Both the position numbers and the translations under genes were made by a program. The notes below the pieces were generated by a model. It saw only the letters and a program-made list of their open reading frames with translations, had not been told where the DNA came from and did no database searches. A DNA stretch of 64,000 nt. Source: Octopus vulgaris. Taxonomy: Eukaryota. Numbering within the stretch: position 1 is the first letter of the stretch; every line of letters starts with the position of its first letter. Below, piece by piece: positions 26,993 to 46,492 of this stretch. The DNA lies in the NCBI GenBank assembly GCA_951406725.2, contig OX597837.1:40486001-40550000 (forward strand), in the 5' to 3' direction.

Positions 26993-27550
26993 TGAGTGAG
27001 AGATCAGCACATGCCATCAGTGACACTGGGTTATAAATTTACGAAGCCCAGTATACACCTCATGACTACCCGCCTGATAAGGGTACATCAGGCAAACGCA
27101 TCATAGCTACATGTGCGCGACATCCTGATATCATATCAAGATAAACAGCTCATGTCTTGCAGGTAGGGCCCAGTTAGAAGTTTCTGCGAGTCAAGTAGCC
27201 CATCCCACTCAAAATGTCCCTGAATAAGGGTCGTTTAAGGATGTTGAAACAAAGCAACCAATGTTTCTAGAGGGGAATTATTCAAACCCCAAAGAATTCC
27301 TATCAACACACGGCTATAATGCTCCCCCACTACTTCTGCTCATGATCAGAGATGCACATATCGCCATCCACTAAGGGACATCCTCAACTGGTTAAGATCA
27401 AAGAACTGACAAGCAAATCTGTGGTATTGAGCAAGAATATTTTGCTGTAGCCCTTCTTTTATACCAAGACAAAACAATGGACATGATAACACTTACAGTC
27501 AGTTAAGATCAGAAGCCATGAGAGCCACTGCCTGGTATTGCATCAGGGCA
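26993..27550. mobile_element. Unclassified ~560-bp probable insert bounded by TTA repeats
   Basis: Higher-complexity block flanked on both sides by attattatt; no second copy or recognisable ORF seen in the window. Confidence 0.35.
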
Positions 27551-33560
<6,010 letters not shown>

Positions 33561-33856
33561 TATTTTCACAGTCTCCATACACTAACGAAATTACTACAAT
33601 AAACTTTAGCTTCTGGCGCGCAAGTGTTACTGCGTTCATTTCACATACAATCGAAACCACCATATAATTTCAAATATATAGCTCTTATATACACTCACTC
33701 TATACACTCACTCTATACACTCGCTGACATGACGTATAACACCAAAGAGATTATCAGCCATTGCGGTAATCTACATACAGGCAAGGTGCAACATGATTTA
33801 TTATACACACTGTCAACGCGGTGTTATAAAATTTGCAGGAGATTTAGGTTTTAATT

Positions 33857-34118
33857 CGTGTGGCTGTGTGGTAAGATGCTTGCTTTCCAGCCACATGGGT
33901 CTAGGTTCAGTTCCACTACGTTCCATAGCCCCAAGCAGACGAAGGCCTTTTAAATGAATTCTGTAGACGGAAACTGAGAAAAGCCAGTTGCATATATGTA
34001 TATGCTGTGTGGTAAGTAGCTTGCGTGGCATCTTGGGCAAGTGTCTTCTGCTATAGCCCCGGGCCGACCAATGCCTTGTGAGTGGATTTGGTAGACGGAA
34101 ACTGAAAGAAGCCCATCG

Positions 34119-34175
<57 letters not shown>

Positions 34176-34392
34176 TTGTGTGTCTGTGTTTGTACCCCTA
34201 GCATTGCTTGACAACCGATGCTGGTGTGCTTACGTCTCCATCACATAGCGGTTCGGCAAAAAGAGACCTATAGAATAAGTACTGGGCTTACAAAGAATAA
34301 GTCCCGGGGTCGATTTGCTCGACTAAAGGCGGTGCTCCAGCATGGCCGCAGTCAAATGACTGAAACAAGTAAAAGAGTAAAAGAGAGTAAGA
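33857..34392 (+). mobile_element. Degraded family A 5' part (33857-33990) plus family A copy (34004-34392)
   Basis: Family A body and agtaaaagagtaaaagag tail. Confidence 0.88.
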
Positions 34393-34716
34393 GTATATAT
34401 ATATGTATGCATGCATATATGTATGCATGTATGTATGTATGTATGCATGTATGTATGTATGTATGTATGTATGTGTGTGCGTGTGTATATATGTATGTAT
34501 GTGTGTATGTGCGTGTGTATATATGTATGTATGTGTGTGTGTGTAAATATATATACATACATTGTTACATAAATAGAAAATTAAATAAACAAACAGATAA
34601 ATTAAATAGATAGATAGATAGGTTGAGACATATATATATACTTATGTATGTATATATATACATGAATGGATGTATATATATATCACGTTCTTGTCCCAGT
34701 TTGTATATTTTTTTAC

Positions 34717-34795
<79 letters not shown>

Positions 34796-34799
<4 letters not shown>

Positions 34800-35410
34800 G
34801 TCAGCCCATAAATAAAACTGCTTTTATTTTCCAAAATTAAGATAAACAAATTTCTTTTTTAATCTAAAATATACTCTCCTTCATTTTCTACTCTTCCATC
34901 TCTCTGGTAGACTTGCAAAGTTCACTTGTCCGTGAGAAAAAATACTTCTCTGCAACTGTTCTGACCTCATCAAAAGAATTCATATTTTTCCGTCCAAATG
35001 ACTTTGAAGACTACGGAATAAATGATAATCAAATGGGGCAACGTCCGGCGAATATGGTGGATGGGCATCGTTTCCCATTCAAACTGTCCAGCCTTTAGAA
35101 TGTCATCCTTGCTGTATGTGACCGAGCATTAATTCTGATGGAATAACACCTTTCGTCTTAAAACAAAAGATGGTCGTTTTTCTTCTAGCGTTGACTTAAG
35201 CCGCTCAAGCTGCTCTCAGTAGATCTCCTTTGTTATCGTTTGGTTTCGGTTTAAAAGTTCAAAGTGGACTAAAGCTTTCACATCCCACCAAAGATAACAA
35301 CACCTTACGCGAGTGGAGATCTTCTTTAGCCTCGGATGTTTCTCCTTTCCCTACTTACTGTTTTCGGCGCTTGACATTCTTAGAGAGAACCTCTATTTCT
35401 TGTCACCAGT
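34796..35410 (-). pseudogene. Mariner (Tc1/mariner) transposase relic with one terminal region
   Basis: Minus-strand peptides NARSHTARMT, HPPYSPDVAPFDYHLFRSLQ (YSPDLAP motif), LPERW and GEYILD*; abuts (TA)n. Confidence 0.85.
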
Positions 35411-35559
35411 CAGTATTTGGTGTGTGTGTGTGTGAGTGTATGTGGGGGCGCTTGGGTGTTTGTGTGTTTGTACATCTTCTTATACATCATGCCGTAATTA
35501 TCAAGTAATTAATGAATGGCAAGAAGACATTGCAACTTTAATTTGATACGCCAGCAAAT

Positions 35560-35574
35560 ATCTATCTATCTATA

Positions 35575-35665
<91 letters not shown>

Positions 35666-35891
35666 ATCCTATCTATCTATCTATTTTCGTCTATTTTCTG
35701 TGTTTAGCCCTGTGTGGCCATAATAAAAATATATCTATCTATCTATCTGCCTATCTATCTACCCTATCTATCAGTCAGTCTATCTACCTATCTATCTATC
35801 TATTTATCTATCTGTCTACCTACTTATCTATCTATCTGTCTATCTTCTCTATCTATCTACCTATTTATCTGTGTATCTCTCTGTCTCTCTG

Positions 35892-35928
<37 letters not shown>

Positions 35929-35955
35929 ATATATATATATATATATATCTATCTT

Positions 35956-36000
<45 letters not shown>

Positions 36001-36118
36001 TTATCTTTCTATCTATCTATTTATCTGTCTATCTATCCATCCATTCATCTATCTAATTATCTATCTATCTTTCTGTCTATCTATCCATCCATCTCTCTAT
36101 ATGTCTGTCTGTCTGTCA
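35560..36118. repeat. (TATC)n/(TGTC)n microsatellite tract
   Basis: Direct reading. Confidence 0.95.
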
Positions 36119-36491
36119 ATGTAAGAACATATTCTCGGAAATCTGTATGAAATATTTATTCCTGTCACTAATCAACTTAACTAACTTAATCAATAATGTA
36201 TTTCATTAATATATAAATGATTGATGCTCGGTCGTGCACTTTTAAGCCGTCATAACTTCCAAATCTAGAGAGATTTTCTTTGAAATATTTTGTTTTTGCA
36301 TTTTTCCCCAGATTTTTCTGCTGGTGTCGGCAGATTCCGACAATCTGAGACACTTTGCCGCTAATTTCTGTAGAAAAAAAAAAGAAGCAATATAAATATA
36401 ATTTGTATAGAGAAAGAGCTGGTTTCCAAATCTAAACAAAAAAAAGAGGTTCTTTATTTAAATCAAAGTGACATCAATTAGATGCACTTTG

Positions 36492-36645
36492 GGTGCAGGT
36501 GTGGCTGTATGGTAAGAACCTTGCTTCACAACGACATGGTTTCGGGTTCGGTCTCACTGTGTGGCGCCTTGGGCAAGTGTCTTCATGGGATGACGAAAGC
36601 CTTGTGACTGGATTTGGTAGGCGGAAACAGAAAGAAGCTCGTCGT
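36492..36645 (+). mobile_element. SINE family A, 5' half (diverged)
   Basis: gcaggtgtggctgtatggtaag...gggttcggtctc...ccttgggcaagtgtcttc. Confidence 0.8.
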
Positions 36646-36663
36646 ATACATACATACATATAT

Positions 36664-36739
<76 letters not shown>

Positions 36740-37198
36740 CAGCAAAATCAAGGAACGGCCATAATAGGCCATTCACCCACTAGAAATAACAGCCAAGGCT
36801 TCAACCGCAAAACAACATTAATTCCGTAAACCAGGAGAAAATTTAAAAAAACATTTACCCTGTAATTCTTTATACGATGCACCGTTTCTTCTATTGTTTA
36901 ATGGTAAACTAACCTGATTAAATTAAATCAAGCCAGTCTCCCATAGGCCGATAGATCCATCAGTAAAGAACGGCCAGGTCGGAGCAGATATTTACACGAG
37001 GCACTTTCACCACTGTCTCAGCAATATCTGACCTAAAATTTTCAAATCATCGCACTCGCGCCAAATTTATCGGCAGCAAATATAAGCCGCCGATTCCATT
37101 ACGGAATTAACCAGAAAATTCATAATTAATCAATATAGGGTGGCAAAAAATTTCGCAGAATTTCTTTGCCACACACATACACACATATACACACACAA

Positions 37199-37264
<66 letters not shown>

Positions 37265-37277
37265 TTAATGTACTTTA

Positions 37278-37404
37278 TAATCTCTGACGAGGCCTATGAA
37301 AATATATAAGTACCTCATTCTTAACTGCCTACAACCTCAATAAATGGACTTGTATGAGCATAACAAATTACTTTTTCCATAGGCTGAAACAGCTGTAAGT
37401 GATT
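37278..37404 (+). ncRNA. Hammerhead motif with long stem II insertion
   Basis: CUGACGA (37284) GGCCUAUGAAAA ... UUUUCCAUAGGCU GAAA-CAGCUG-UA: intact core, palindromic stem III, GUA site. Confidence 0.6.
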
Positions 37405-37603
37405 TTAATGATTTCAGTAATTTATATTAAGGTTTTTATAATTGTATTCTTATCTTATATGTATTGAATTTTATAATGTATATATGTATGTTATTAAGGC
37501 TCTCGTTTTTGTTAAATAAATAAATAAGTCAAGATTCTAATATCCGAAAGATGATAAACCAACTAAATTGTTTCTCCATTTTCATATTTGTATTATATAT
37601 ATA

Positions 37604-37914
37604 TCACCGTAATCACCGTGACCGACCAGACTCTCAGATGTTGCTACACATCGCTGGTCACAATGCGCTTCGCATTGGTTTAGCCTTCAAATGACGCCAC
37701 CACGCTGGCTAAGCGAGCAGGCCAACAGAAGAAAGAGTGAGAGAAAGTTGTGGCGAGAGAGTACAGCAGAGATCACCACCACCCCCTGCCGGAGCCTCGT
37801 GGAGCTTTAGGGGTTTTCGCTCAATAAACACTCACAACGATCGGTCTGGGAATCGAAACCGCGAACCTACGACCACAAGTCCGCTGCCTAACCACTGGGC
37901 CATTGCGCCTCCAC
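37604..37914 (-). mobile_element. SINE family C, full length
   Basis: Reverse complement of 12951-13253. Confidence 0.9.
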
Positions 37915-37916
37915 AT

Positions 37917-37988
<72 letters not shown>

Positions 37989-38074
37989 GTAATTATATAT
38001 ATATATATACATATATATATACATATACATATATATACACGCATACGTGTGTGTTTGTGTCTTTAATAATTGAT

Positions 38075-38240
38075 TCAGGTGTGTTTATGCCCCCGTAACC
38101 TAGTGGTTTAACAAAATAGGCCGACAGAATAAGTACTGGGCTTACAAATATAAGTCCAGGGCCCGACATTTTCGACTAAAACTCTTTAAAGCGATGCTCC
38201 AGCATGGCCGCAGTCAAATGATTGAGACAAGTAAAGGAAT
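38075..38240 (+). mobile_element. SINE family A, 3' half
   Basis: ggtgtgtttatgcccccgtaac...gctccagcatggccgcagtcaaatg. Confidence 0.8.
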
Positions 38241-38334
38241 TGAAGAGAATATGTATTTATACACGTGTTATCTCCTATTGGACGCAATTATTACCGTGAA
38301 GAAAGTAATTCCTTCATAATGTTTGTCAGGAATG

Positions 38335-38880
38335 AAGGCGGCGAGCTGGCAGAAACCTTAGCACGTTCTGAGTTCAAATTCCGCCGAGGTCGACTTTGCC
38401 TTTCATCCTTTCCGGGTCGATAAATTAAGTACCAGTTACACACTGGTTCGATATAATCGACTTAATTCGTTCGTCTGTCCTTGTTTGTCCCCTTTGTGTT
38501 TAGCCCCTTGTGGGTAGTAAAGAAATAGGTATTTCGTCTGCCCTTACGTTCTGAGTTCAAATTCTGCCGAGGTCGACTTTGCTTTTCATCCTTTCGGGGT
38601 CGATTAAATAAGCACCAGTTTCGCACTGGGGTCGATATAACTGACTTAATCCGTTTGTCTGTCCTTGTTTGTCCTCTCTGTGTTTAGCCCCTTGTGGGTA
38701 GTAAAGAAATAGGTATTTCGTCTGCCGCTACGTTCTGAGTTCAAATTCCGCAGATGTCGACTTTGCCTTTCATTCTTTCGGAGTCGATAAATTAAGCACC
38801 AGTTGCGTACAGGGGCCGATCTAATCGACTGGCCCCACTCACCAAAACTTTCAGGCCTTGTGCCTAGATTAGAAAAGGAT
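38335..38880 (+). mobile_element. SINE family B trimer (second locus)
   Basis: Junctions gaaata|ggtatttcg at 38528 and 38712; last unit ends with the alternate tail tttcaggccttgtgcctaga. Confidence 0.92.
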
Positions 38881-39329
38881 CATTTTCAGGAATAGAAACC
38901 TGAATTTCGAATTAAGGAATTACAAATAAAAAGACACATTGAAGTCCCATATTTTTGCATCTACCTCTAAAATTTATTTCACGTGTGATACAACTTCAGA
39001 TTTCTCCTTATTTCAGCATAAATGTTTCCTTTTCTTTTTTCATTTCTTCTTTCGTTCATCTTAAACATTATGTAAGCATTTATTGGGCAACTGATCTCTA
39101 ATATATTTATCCTTCTCCTTTTATCTGTTCCAGATCATCATGTTTGGTCATGCTTACATTTTGCAAAGATTTTGACAGGAATATTCCTCTAACATTCTTC
39201 CATAATATTAGTAAGTACACCCTTGGTTTATATCTTCTACGTTTTGATAATGCCCTCTCGGTGTTTCCCACATTGAAGGGTGTGTTTTAACTATGTGTAA
39301 TATAGAAAAAAGATGCTTTCTAATCAAGC

Positions 39330-39950
39330 AAAGAGGGAGTGTATATTCTTGAAGTAACAAACGAGCAATTTTTCAGGTTCCATATTGCAGATTTCAGATT
39401 TCTTCCAACCAGATTGTATCTTTGTTGAACACTTTTTTTTTCCTCACTCCAGAATTTTCCCTCCATGATGAATCTGTATCTTCATGAAAGAGAGAACCTC
39501 TTTGACTTTTTTATCGATTCTCCTTTTACATCTCTGTAGAACGCTGATTGATTTCGATTGAATTTCTCGTTAATTATTTTCCTTTTCAGCTTCACACTTC
39601 TGATGGCTGAGTGTCTCATTGACAGCTTTCAGTTCATGTTTGAGGTCGATATCTTTCGTTTCAAGTATTCTTTCCTTAATATATCTCTATACATTTTTTT
39701 TTAATATTTCCTTTATTCGTTCTCATTTCTGAGAAACATATTTATTTATTTATTTGTTTATTTATCTATTTATTAATTCGATTACACTTGATAAGTATCT
39801 TCATAAAACTGATAATTTTCTATAAATCAACCATCATTTTTTCTGCTTTCTAAATCCATGATGGCATTTTTATTGTTTTGCCTGTTTATTCCTTCATCTT
39901 CGCGATGCTATCCACCAGTGTGTCGAGTGGGAGTATAAACAGACGTTTAT
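39330..39950 (-). pseudogene. Possible highly degenerate RLE-LINE pre-RT region
   Basis: Minus strand NEKFNRNQSAFYR and KFWSE resemble the NxxFxxNxxxFY and FW motifs upstream of the RT in R4/Dong elements. Confidence 0.35.
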
Positions 39951-40112
39951 TTGCCAAAATGGCGTTTCATTCTCTATAGAAAATATTCATCTCCGATATC
40001 TTTGATCATCGTCAAACTCCACTCGGTGGATCCTTTATCAATGCTAATCAAATGTATTTTATGCTGTTGTGAGAATCTTAAAAATGGAATAATTTTTGTC
40101 TTAAGCATATCA

Positions 40113-40661
40113 TCTCTCTCTATATAAATGGCAGTTTGTCTGTCTGTGTGTCTGTGTGTCTGTCAGGTTGTACCCTCACCCTGACCACGGCTTTCAACCG
40201 ATTTTGATGAAACTAAACACACACATAGCCCAATGTCATAATTCAAAACTAACGCAGCGAAAATTTTGAAAAGTTCCCCCAGTTTTGAAAATTATCGATA
40301 AATTCGACATGGGGTCGAGAATCTAAGCTTATCATATGCAACACATTTTCCGTTGTAGCTTTCGCAACTTGCAATCGATTTTCACCAAACTCATGGTGAA
40401 GCTTAATGTTACCCTAAGAAACTTAATTCTGACGTTAGTTTTCCATGCAATACCTTACCATCAGAAAAAAATCGATAAAATCATGCCATTTTGGGAAATC
40501 GCGTTTTTGCCCAAAGGGACAGCTAGGAACATCGTATACACAGAAGACATTGCAACCTACACATGCACCTTCGTTCCCTAGAGGGAAAGGACTAGATTGG
40601 GATTAGTCGTTGCCTACTAGGGGCTCTTACATACCCGGGCAACGCCGGGCTATGCTGCTAG
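40113..40661 (+). mobile_element. Non-autonomous Helitron
   Basis: A|TC 5' end (tctctctctatataaa), (GTCT)-type microsatellite, subterminal hairpin cccgg-gcaacg-ccggg (40634-40649), CTAG|T 3' end, no target-site duplication. Confidence 0.85.
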
Positions 40662-40682
40662 TTAATTATATATTTCGCTTAC

Positions 40683-41105
40683 TCATTTACTTGTTTCAGT
40701 CATCTGACTGCGGCCATGCTGGAGCACCGGCTTTAGTCGAAGAAATCGTCCCTATGACATATTCTTTGTAAGCCTAGTACTTATTCATTCGGTCTCAAAC
40801 ACACACACATATATATATATGGAGTGGCTGTGTGGTAAGTAGCTTGCTTAACAACCACATAGTTCCGGGTTCAGTCCCACTTCGTGGCACCTTGGGCAAG
40901 TGTCTTCTACTATAGCCTCGGGCCGACCAAAGCATTTTGAGTGGATTTGGTAGACGGAAACTGAAAGCCCGTCGTATATATGTGTATACATGTGTGTGTG
41001 CGTGTTTTGTGTCTGTGTTCCCCCCACACACAAATCCGATGCTGGTGTGTTTACGTCCCCGTAACCGAGCGGTTCGGCAAAAGAGACCGATAGAATAATT
41101 ACTAG
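40683..41105. mobile_element. Divergent family A SINE pieces (40683-40796 minus, 40821-41105 plus)
   Basis: gactgcggccatgctggagcacc on plus strand; ggagtggctgtgtggtaagtagc head at 40821. Confidence 0.85.
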
Positions 41106-41117
41106 AATATACCTTAG

Positions 41118-41281
41118 AAATGAGAACCCAGGTTCGAAATTTCCCCCAAGGCACCTGAAGAAGGAAGGAGGGTATATCAGCCGAAATGTGTTAACAACAA
41201 ACAAGCTGAGGACAAATATCCGTTGAATGTAAATAATGTAAATAATACCCATAATTCCTCATCTCTTAAATATAGAACTGT
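41118..41281 (+). mobile_element. Penelope-like fragment with decayed hammerhead; second copy at 42218-42379
   Basis: cac-CUGAAGA-agg...cagcc-GAAA-ugug at 41152-41190; block atgagaacccaggttcgaaattt...ctcttaaatatagaactgta duplicated. Confidence 0.55.
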
Positions 41282-41891
41282 ATTAGTTCTGTACTTCTTT
41301 CAACTTAGTAAATGTCTCTCCTAAAAATAAGTCTCAAACCTTCTGGAATGCATCCTGTAATTGTAGTAGGATTATGAATGGTCAGATTTTCTGTGGGTGT
41401 ATTGGTCCTAAAAATAAGTTCGTTGGCTGTTATGTACAAACTGTCCTCGCATTTGTGAATGCGATTACAATCATTAACCACACTTTCTTACGTTCAACAA
41501 ACATTGCTTGTAGGCGTAATTGTTTCATCGAGAAGTATTAGTTAATTATCCCGAGTGACGGACATTTTCGTTCAATTCAAACAGGAAAACAGAGCGATTT
41601 CTTTTGACATTTTATAGCAATTATATTGGCCGTCATTGCATTTATAACTTGAAGGGAAATATAGAAATATAATTTAGTGTCTGTTCAATCTTAAGATTTT
41701 ACAGCTGTCTTAAACGTGAATGTTATTCTATGTTAGGTTTCGTCTTCGGAGAACAACTTCTATTTCAGACTGCTAGCATTGACAATACACGTGCTTCAGT
41801 GACGTAACCAACACCGAGTTACTAACGTTTCAGCATATTTGTGCCTTCTCAGTCAGAGACACTGACAGAAAATTTGAAGCTAAACAAGAAT

Positions 41892-42180
<289 letters not shown>

Positions 42181-42675
42181 AAGAAGAACAATAATATTAA
42201 CAGCGAAAATACCATTAGGAATGAGAACCCAGGTTCGAAATTTTTCCAAGGCACCCGATGAAGGGCAGAAATTCAGCCGAAGATAGTGTTAACAACAAAC
42301 AAGCTGAGGACAAATATCCGTTGAATGTAAATAATGTAAATAATGTACATAATTCCTCATCTCTTAAATATAGAACTGTAATTAGTTCGTGTACTTCTTT
42401 CAACTTAGTAAATGTCTCTCCTAGTAAACACTAAGTCTCAAACCAAATATATGGCACACTAGGCATCCTGTAATTGTAGTAGGATCTATGAATGGTCAGA
42501 TTTTCTGTGGGTGAGACTTGGTCCTAAAATAAGTTCGTTGGCAAATGTTATGTAGCAAAAGTCTCGCATATAATAATGAATAATAATAATAATGATAATA
42601 ATAATAACACTAATAATAATACGTAATCAACAATAATAATAATAATAGGCGTAATTGTTACACACAGAGAGAGAT

Positions 42676-43117
42676 ACACACAGATAGAGAAATTAATCCC
42701 GAGTGACCAGATATTTTCGTTCAGAGATCATGAAGAAAACAAAATGCTTTCTAATTGATGTATCAATACCGGCAGATGACAACGTGTCTCTAAAAGAAAT
42801 GGAGAAACTCTCAAAATACAAAGACCTGGAAATAGAGATAACTAGAATGTGGAACCTGAAAACAGAAACAATTCCTATCATAGTAGGTGCATTAGGCATG
42901 ATAAAAAAATATTCAGACAAATACATAACAAAAACACCAGGACTTACAAACACATATAACATACAGAAAATTGCACTACTAGGCACTGCACACATCCTAC
43001 GCAGAACACTTTCCATACAATAACTATCAGAGCATCACAACAAATCACAGCACATACCCAAGGCAACAGAGCTGCGCTCGGTAGTGAAGTGAAAGCACGC
43101 TATAAAAATAAAACTAC
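42676..43117 (+). mobile_element. R4/Dong-type LINE 3' fragment: restriction-like endonuclease domain (stop at 43023) plus 3' UTR, in (TAA)n
   Basis: CFLIDVSIPADDNVSLKEMEKLSKYKDLEIEITRMWNLKTETIPIIVGALG: the D...K..KY RLE signature and PxxVGALG motif. Confidence 0.9.
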
Positions 43118-43146
43118 AATAATAATCCGAGTAATCGGTTCCTGGC

Positions 43147-43220
<74 letters not shown>

Positions 43221-43240
43221 CAACAATAATAATAACAATA

Positions 43241-43460
43241 AAACTGAGCAAATATAAAGATCTTGAAATAGAAATCAGCAAAATGTGGAACCTCAAGACT
43301 AAAACAATACCTGTTGTCATAGGTGCCCTAGGAATGATAGCAAAAGGAGCGGATTGCTACCTCATTCAGATACCAGGAAACCCCAAAATGGCAGAAATTC
43401 AAAAGATAGTGCTCATGGGAACTGCCCATATCCTACCTAAAATATTGTCTATGTAATCTC
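43241..43460 (+). mobile_element. Second R4/Dong subfamily 3' fragment
   Basis: KLSKYKDLEIEISKMWNLKTKTIPVVIGALGMIAKG...IQKIVLMGTAHIL; starts directly after (AAT)n. Confidence 0.85.
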
Positions 43461-43935
43461 AAGTTTTGAAACAAACTCTTATGACCCCTAACACTCTACC
43501 CACAACAACCCTCCGTGGAATCGTGTGTGGAGGAAATTGATGGATTGATATAAGCACGAAAATTAATGCCGATCAAAACTGATTTGTATATTTGATTTCA
43601 ACGTATTCCGGTCGATATGCACAGGAACATGTTATTCGATATATTATATAATTCAGTTTGTTCTATGCCCACGTCTAATAGGATTTTCTTTATCCATTTC
43701 GGTTCTTCTTCGATGTTGTTATTCCTCTTTCAAACATATTGTTTCCATGGTGAATTCAGGTTTGAGAAAATATCTTGAACAAGAGGTTTCTTCAGTAAAT
43801 ACGATCCGAAAAATAACAAATTATTCAACAAGGTTTATTTGTGTAGCATCAATACTGCTGAGGGCATTCATTGTAATTCCTATGAATGGCCAGCTTTCTA
43901 CACCATGCGGGTGCTAAAATGTGTGTGTGTGTGTG

Positions 43936-44030
<95 letters not shown>

Positions 44031-44070
44031 ATGCATATATATAGCGTATATGCATGCAGATACACACACT

Positions 44071-44294
44071 CGGCGAGCTAGCAGAAACGTTAGCACGCCG
44101 GGCGAAATGCGTAGCCGTATTTCGTGTGCCGCTACGTTCTGAGTTCCAATTCCGCCGCGGTCGACTTTGCCTTTCATCCTTTCGGGGTCGATAAATTAAG
44201 TACCAGTCACGTACTGGGGTCGATGTAATCGACTTAATTTGTTTGTCTGTCCTTGTTTGTCCCCTCTAAGTTTAGCCCCTTGTGGGTAATAAAG
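44071..44294 (+). mobile_element. SINE family B monomer
   Basis: cggcgagctagcagaaacgttagc ... tagccccttgtgggtaataaaga. Confidence 0.9.
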
Positions 44295-44336
44295 ACACAT
44301 ATATATAGCGTATATGTATATGTGTATATATATATG

Positions 44337-44519
44337 TTAGCTACTACACGCATTTTTTTCTCTCCTTGTTTCTTTTCTGTGTATCTTTCTGTCGAAGAGC
44401 GTAACCTCGAAACGTAAAAGACTTTTTCTATTTCTATTCCTGAGCGCTATACTAATACATTTGTTTGTTTGTACTCCACCTGCCATCGTCTTTTGTTTAT
44501 TTTCGTAAACTGTCCATTT
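44337..44519 (+). mobile_element. Hammerhead-bearing repeat P1
   Basis: 44384-44421 UCUUU-CUGUCGA-A-GAG(CGUAAC)CUC-GAAA-CG-UA-AAAGA; flanked by TA-rich repeats. Confidence 0.75.
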
Positions 44520-44542
44520 ATTATATATATATATATATATAT

Positions 44543-44702
<160 letters not shown>

Positions 44703-45626
44703 GCACATATATACGAGTGGATGCTGAAAGTCCCTGGCTCTCAGGGTATCGTGAACGGCCTGGTTGGAGGCCTTCCGTTCCTAGTTGTTTTACACAACGC
44801 ACCGCCCGATCTAGGAATTGAAATCGCGATTGCCAGATCGTGAGTGCAATACTATTTCTTAACAGAAGCACTTCGTCTCACGTCGCTCTGCGAATCACTT
44901 CAAAATCTGACGCCCGTTCAGGCAATATTTCTTTATAATAAACTTATCCATCAACTGCAAGACTTTTTCCTTCAAATTTTTCAAATTTTATTTTAATCAC
45001 TCATTGAAATAACGACAATATTTGTCAGTTAGAATCCGAGGTTTCTCAACTGTATTAACACATAATGAAAACCCTGCCCCACGCCCGTTAACCATTACAT
45101 ACAACAGGCATTTCACATTAAATACGTGTTCACTCATGCACAAATACACACTTGTTCAACACGAAAAGACACACAAACCAGCAGAAGCTGAACCGGACAG
45201 TTTTATGCCAAGACATATATGTACAGTTGATTGGTCTGTTGAAATAATGTTTCAAACCATCTCGAGGAATTTGTGAATTCTGAATCAAATACCATCAATA
45301 TTCCTGCCATATTTATGCTCCGGTGCACCTCGAAGACATTCAAGTCAGTAGAGGTCAGCAAGTGCTCTATCTTAGTACATGTTATCTTACCGCTTTTATC
45401 TTTTATCTTTTGCATGATTTCCCCTTTGTTTGCTTAAACTGCGGCCATGATAGGTTACCCCTTTGACCTTACTCCCTCGGGGATGGGGTCCATATAAAAT
45501 TTTATTGTTTATGTGCAATGAATTCGTTATAATTTTACAATACGCAAGATGTATTAAACCCTCTTTTATGCAATTCCCAATAAGATTTAATTTAATTTAA
45601 GAAATACATCAAGATTATATATATAT

Positions 45627-45709
<83 letters not shown>

Positions 45710-45714
45710 GTATG

Positions 45715-45748
<34 letters not shown>

Positions 45749-46028
45749 GAGTGAATGGCTAAGGCGAACCAGTAGAATGAGATGGGAATCGAAGGGAACA
45801 ATTGGCAGAAAATGGTTGAAATCCTCTGGTTTCAGTCTGGTGCATATTCTATCGATTTCCCTTTTGTCGAACCGCAAAGTTATGGGGACTTAGACTTACC
45901 AGAACCGTTTGATAAACGGGGATGACAGACATAAACACAGAAGAATACACACACACACACACACACACTCACGCACATACATACACGCTGATGTGTGTAT
46001 GCGCGCACAATATATATACGTATTTTTT

Positions 46029-46253
46029 ATTACCCACAAGGGGCTAAACACAGAGGGGACAAACAAGGACAGACATAGGTATTAAGTCGATTACATCGAC
46101 CCCAGTGCGTAACGGGTACTTAAATTTATCGACCCCGAAAGGATGAAAGGCAAAGTCGACCTCGGCGGAATTTGAACTCACAAGGTAACGGCAGACGAAA
46201 TACGGCTACGCATTTCGCCCGGCGTGCTAACGTTTCTGCCAGCTCGCCGCCTT
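46029..46253 (-). mobile_element. SINE family B monomer
   Basis: Same orientation as, and matching, 1716-1949. Confidence 0.9.
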
Positions 46254-46258
46254 GGTGG

Positions 46259-46441
46259 AAGGGAGTGATGAACAGTTCCTGGCTTTAAGGTATCGTTCAT
46301 TTACAGGGCTTAGAAAAACTGAAGGACTGCTGCAATAAGTCTGTGTGAGTCTGAGAGGGGGAATATGTTGAATTAAATCATAATTAACTGATCCTCCTGG
46401 ATATTCTTCTACCCAAAGCCAGGAACTTCTCAGAATCCCTT
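46259..46441 (+). mobile_element. Mariner-derived MITE
   Basis: Imperfect TIRs agggagtgatgaacagttcctggcttt / aaagccaggaacttctcagaatccct; internal ggggaatatgttgaa (GEYVE) is mariner C-terminus-like; related TIR fragment at 44712-44740. Confidence 0.65.
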
Positions 46442-46492
46442 TGCACTAAAAAACGGAACAAAATATATGTACATACATACAGGAGTGGCTAT

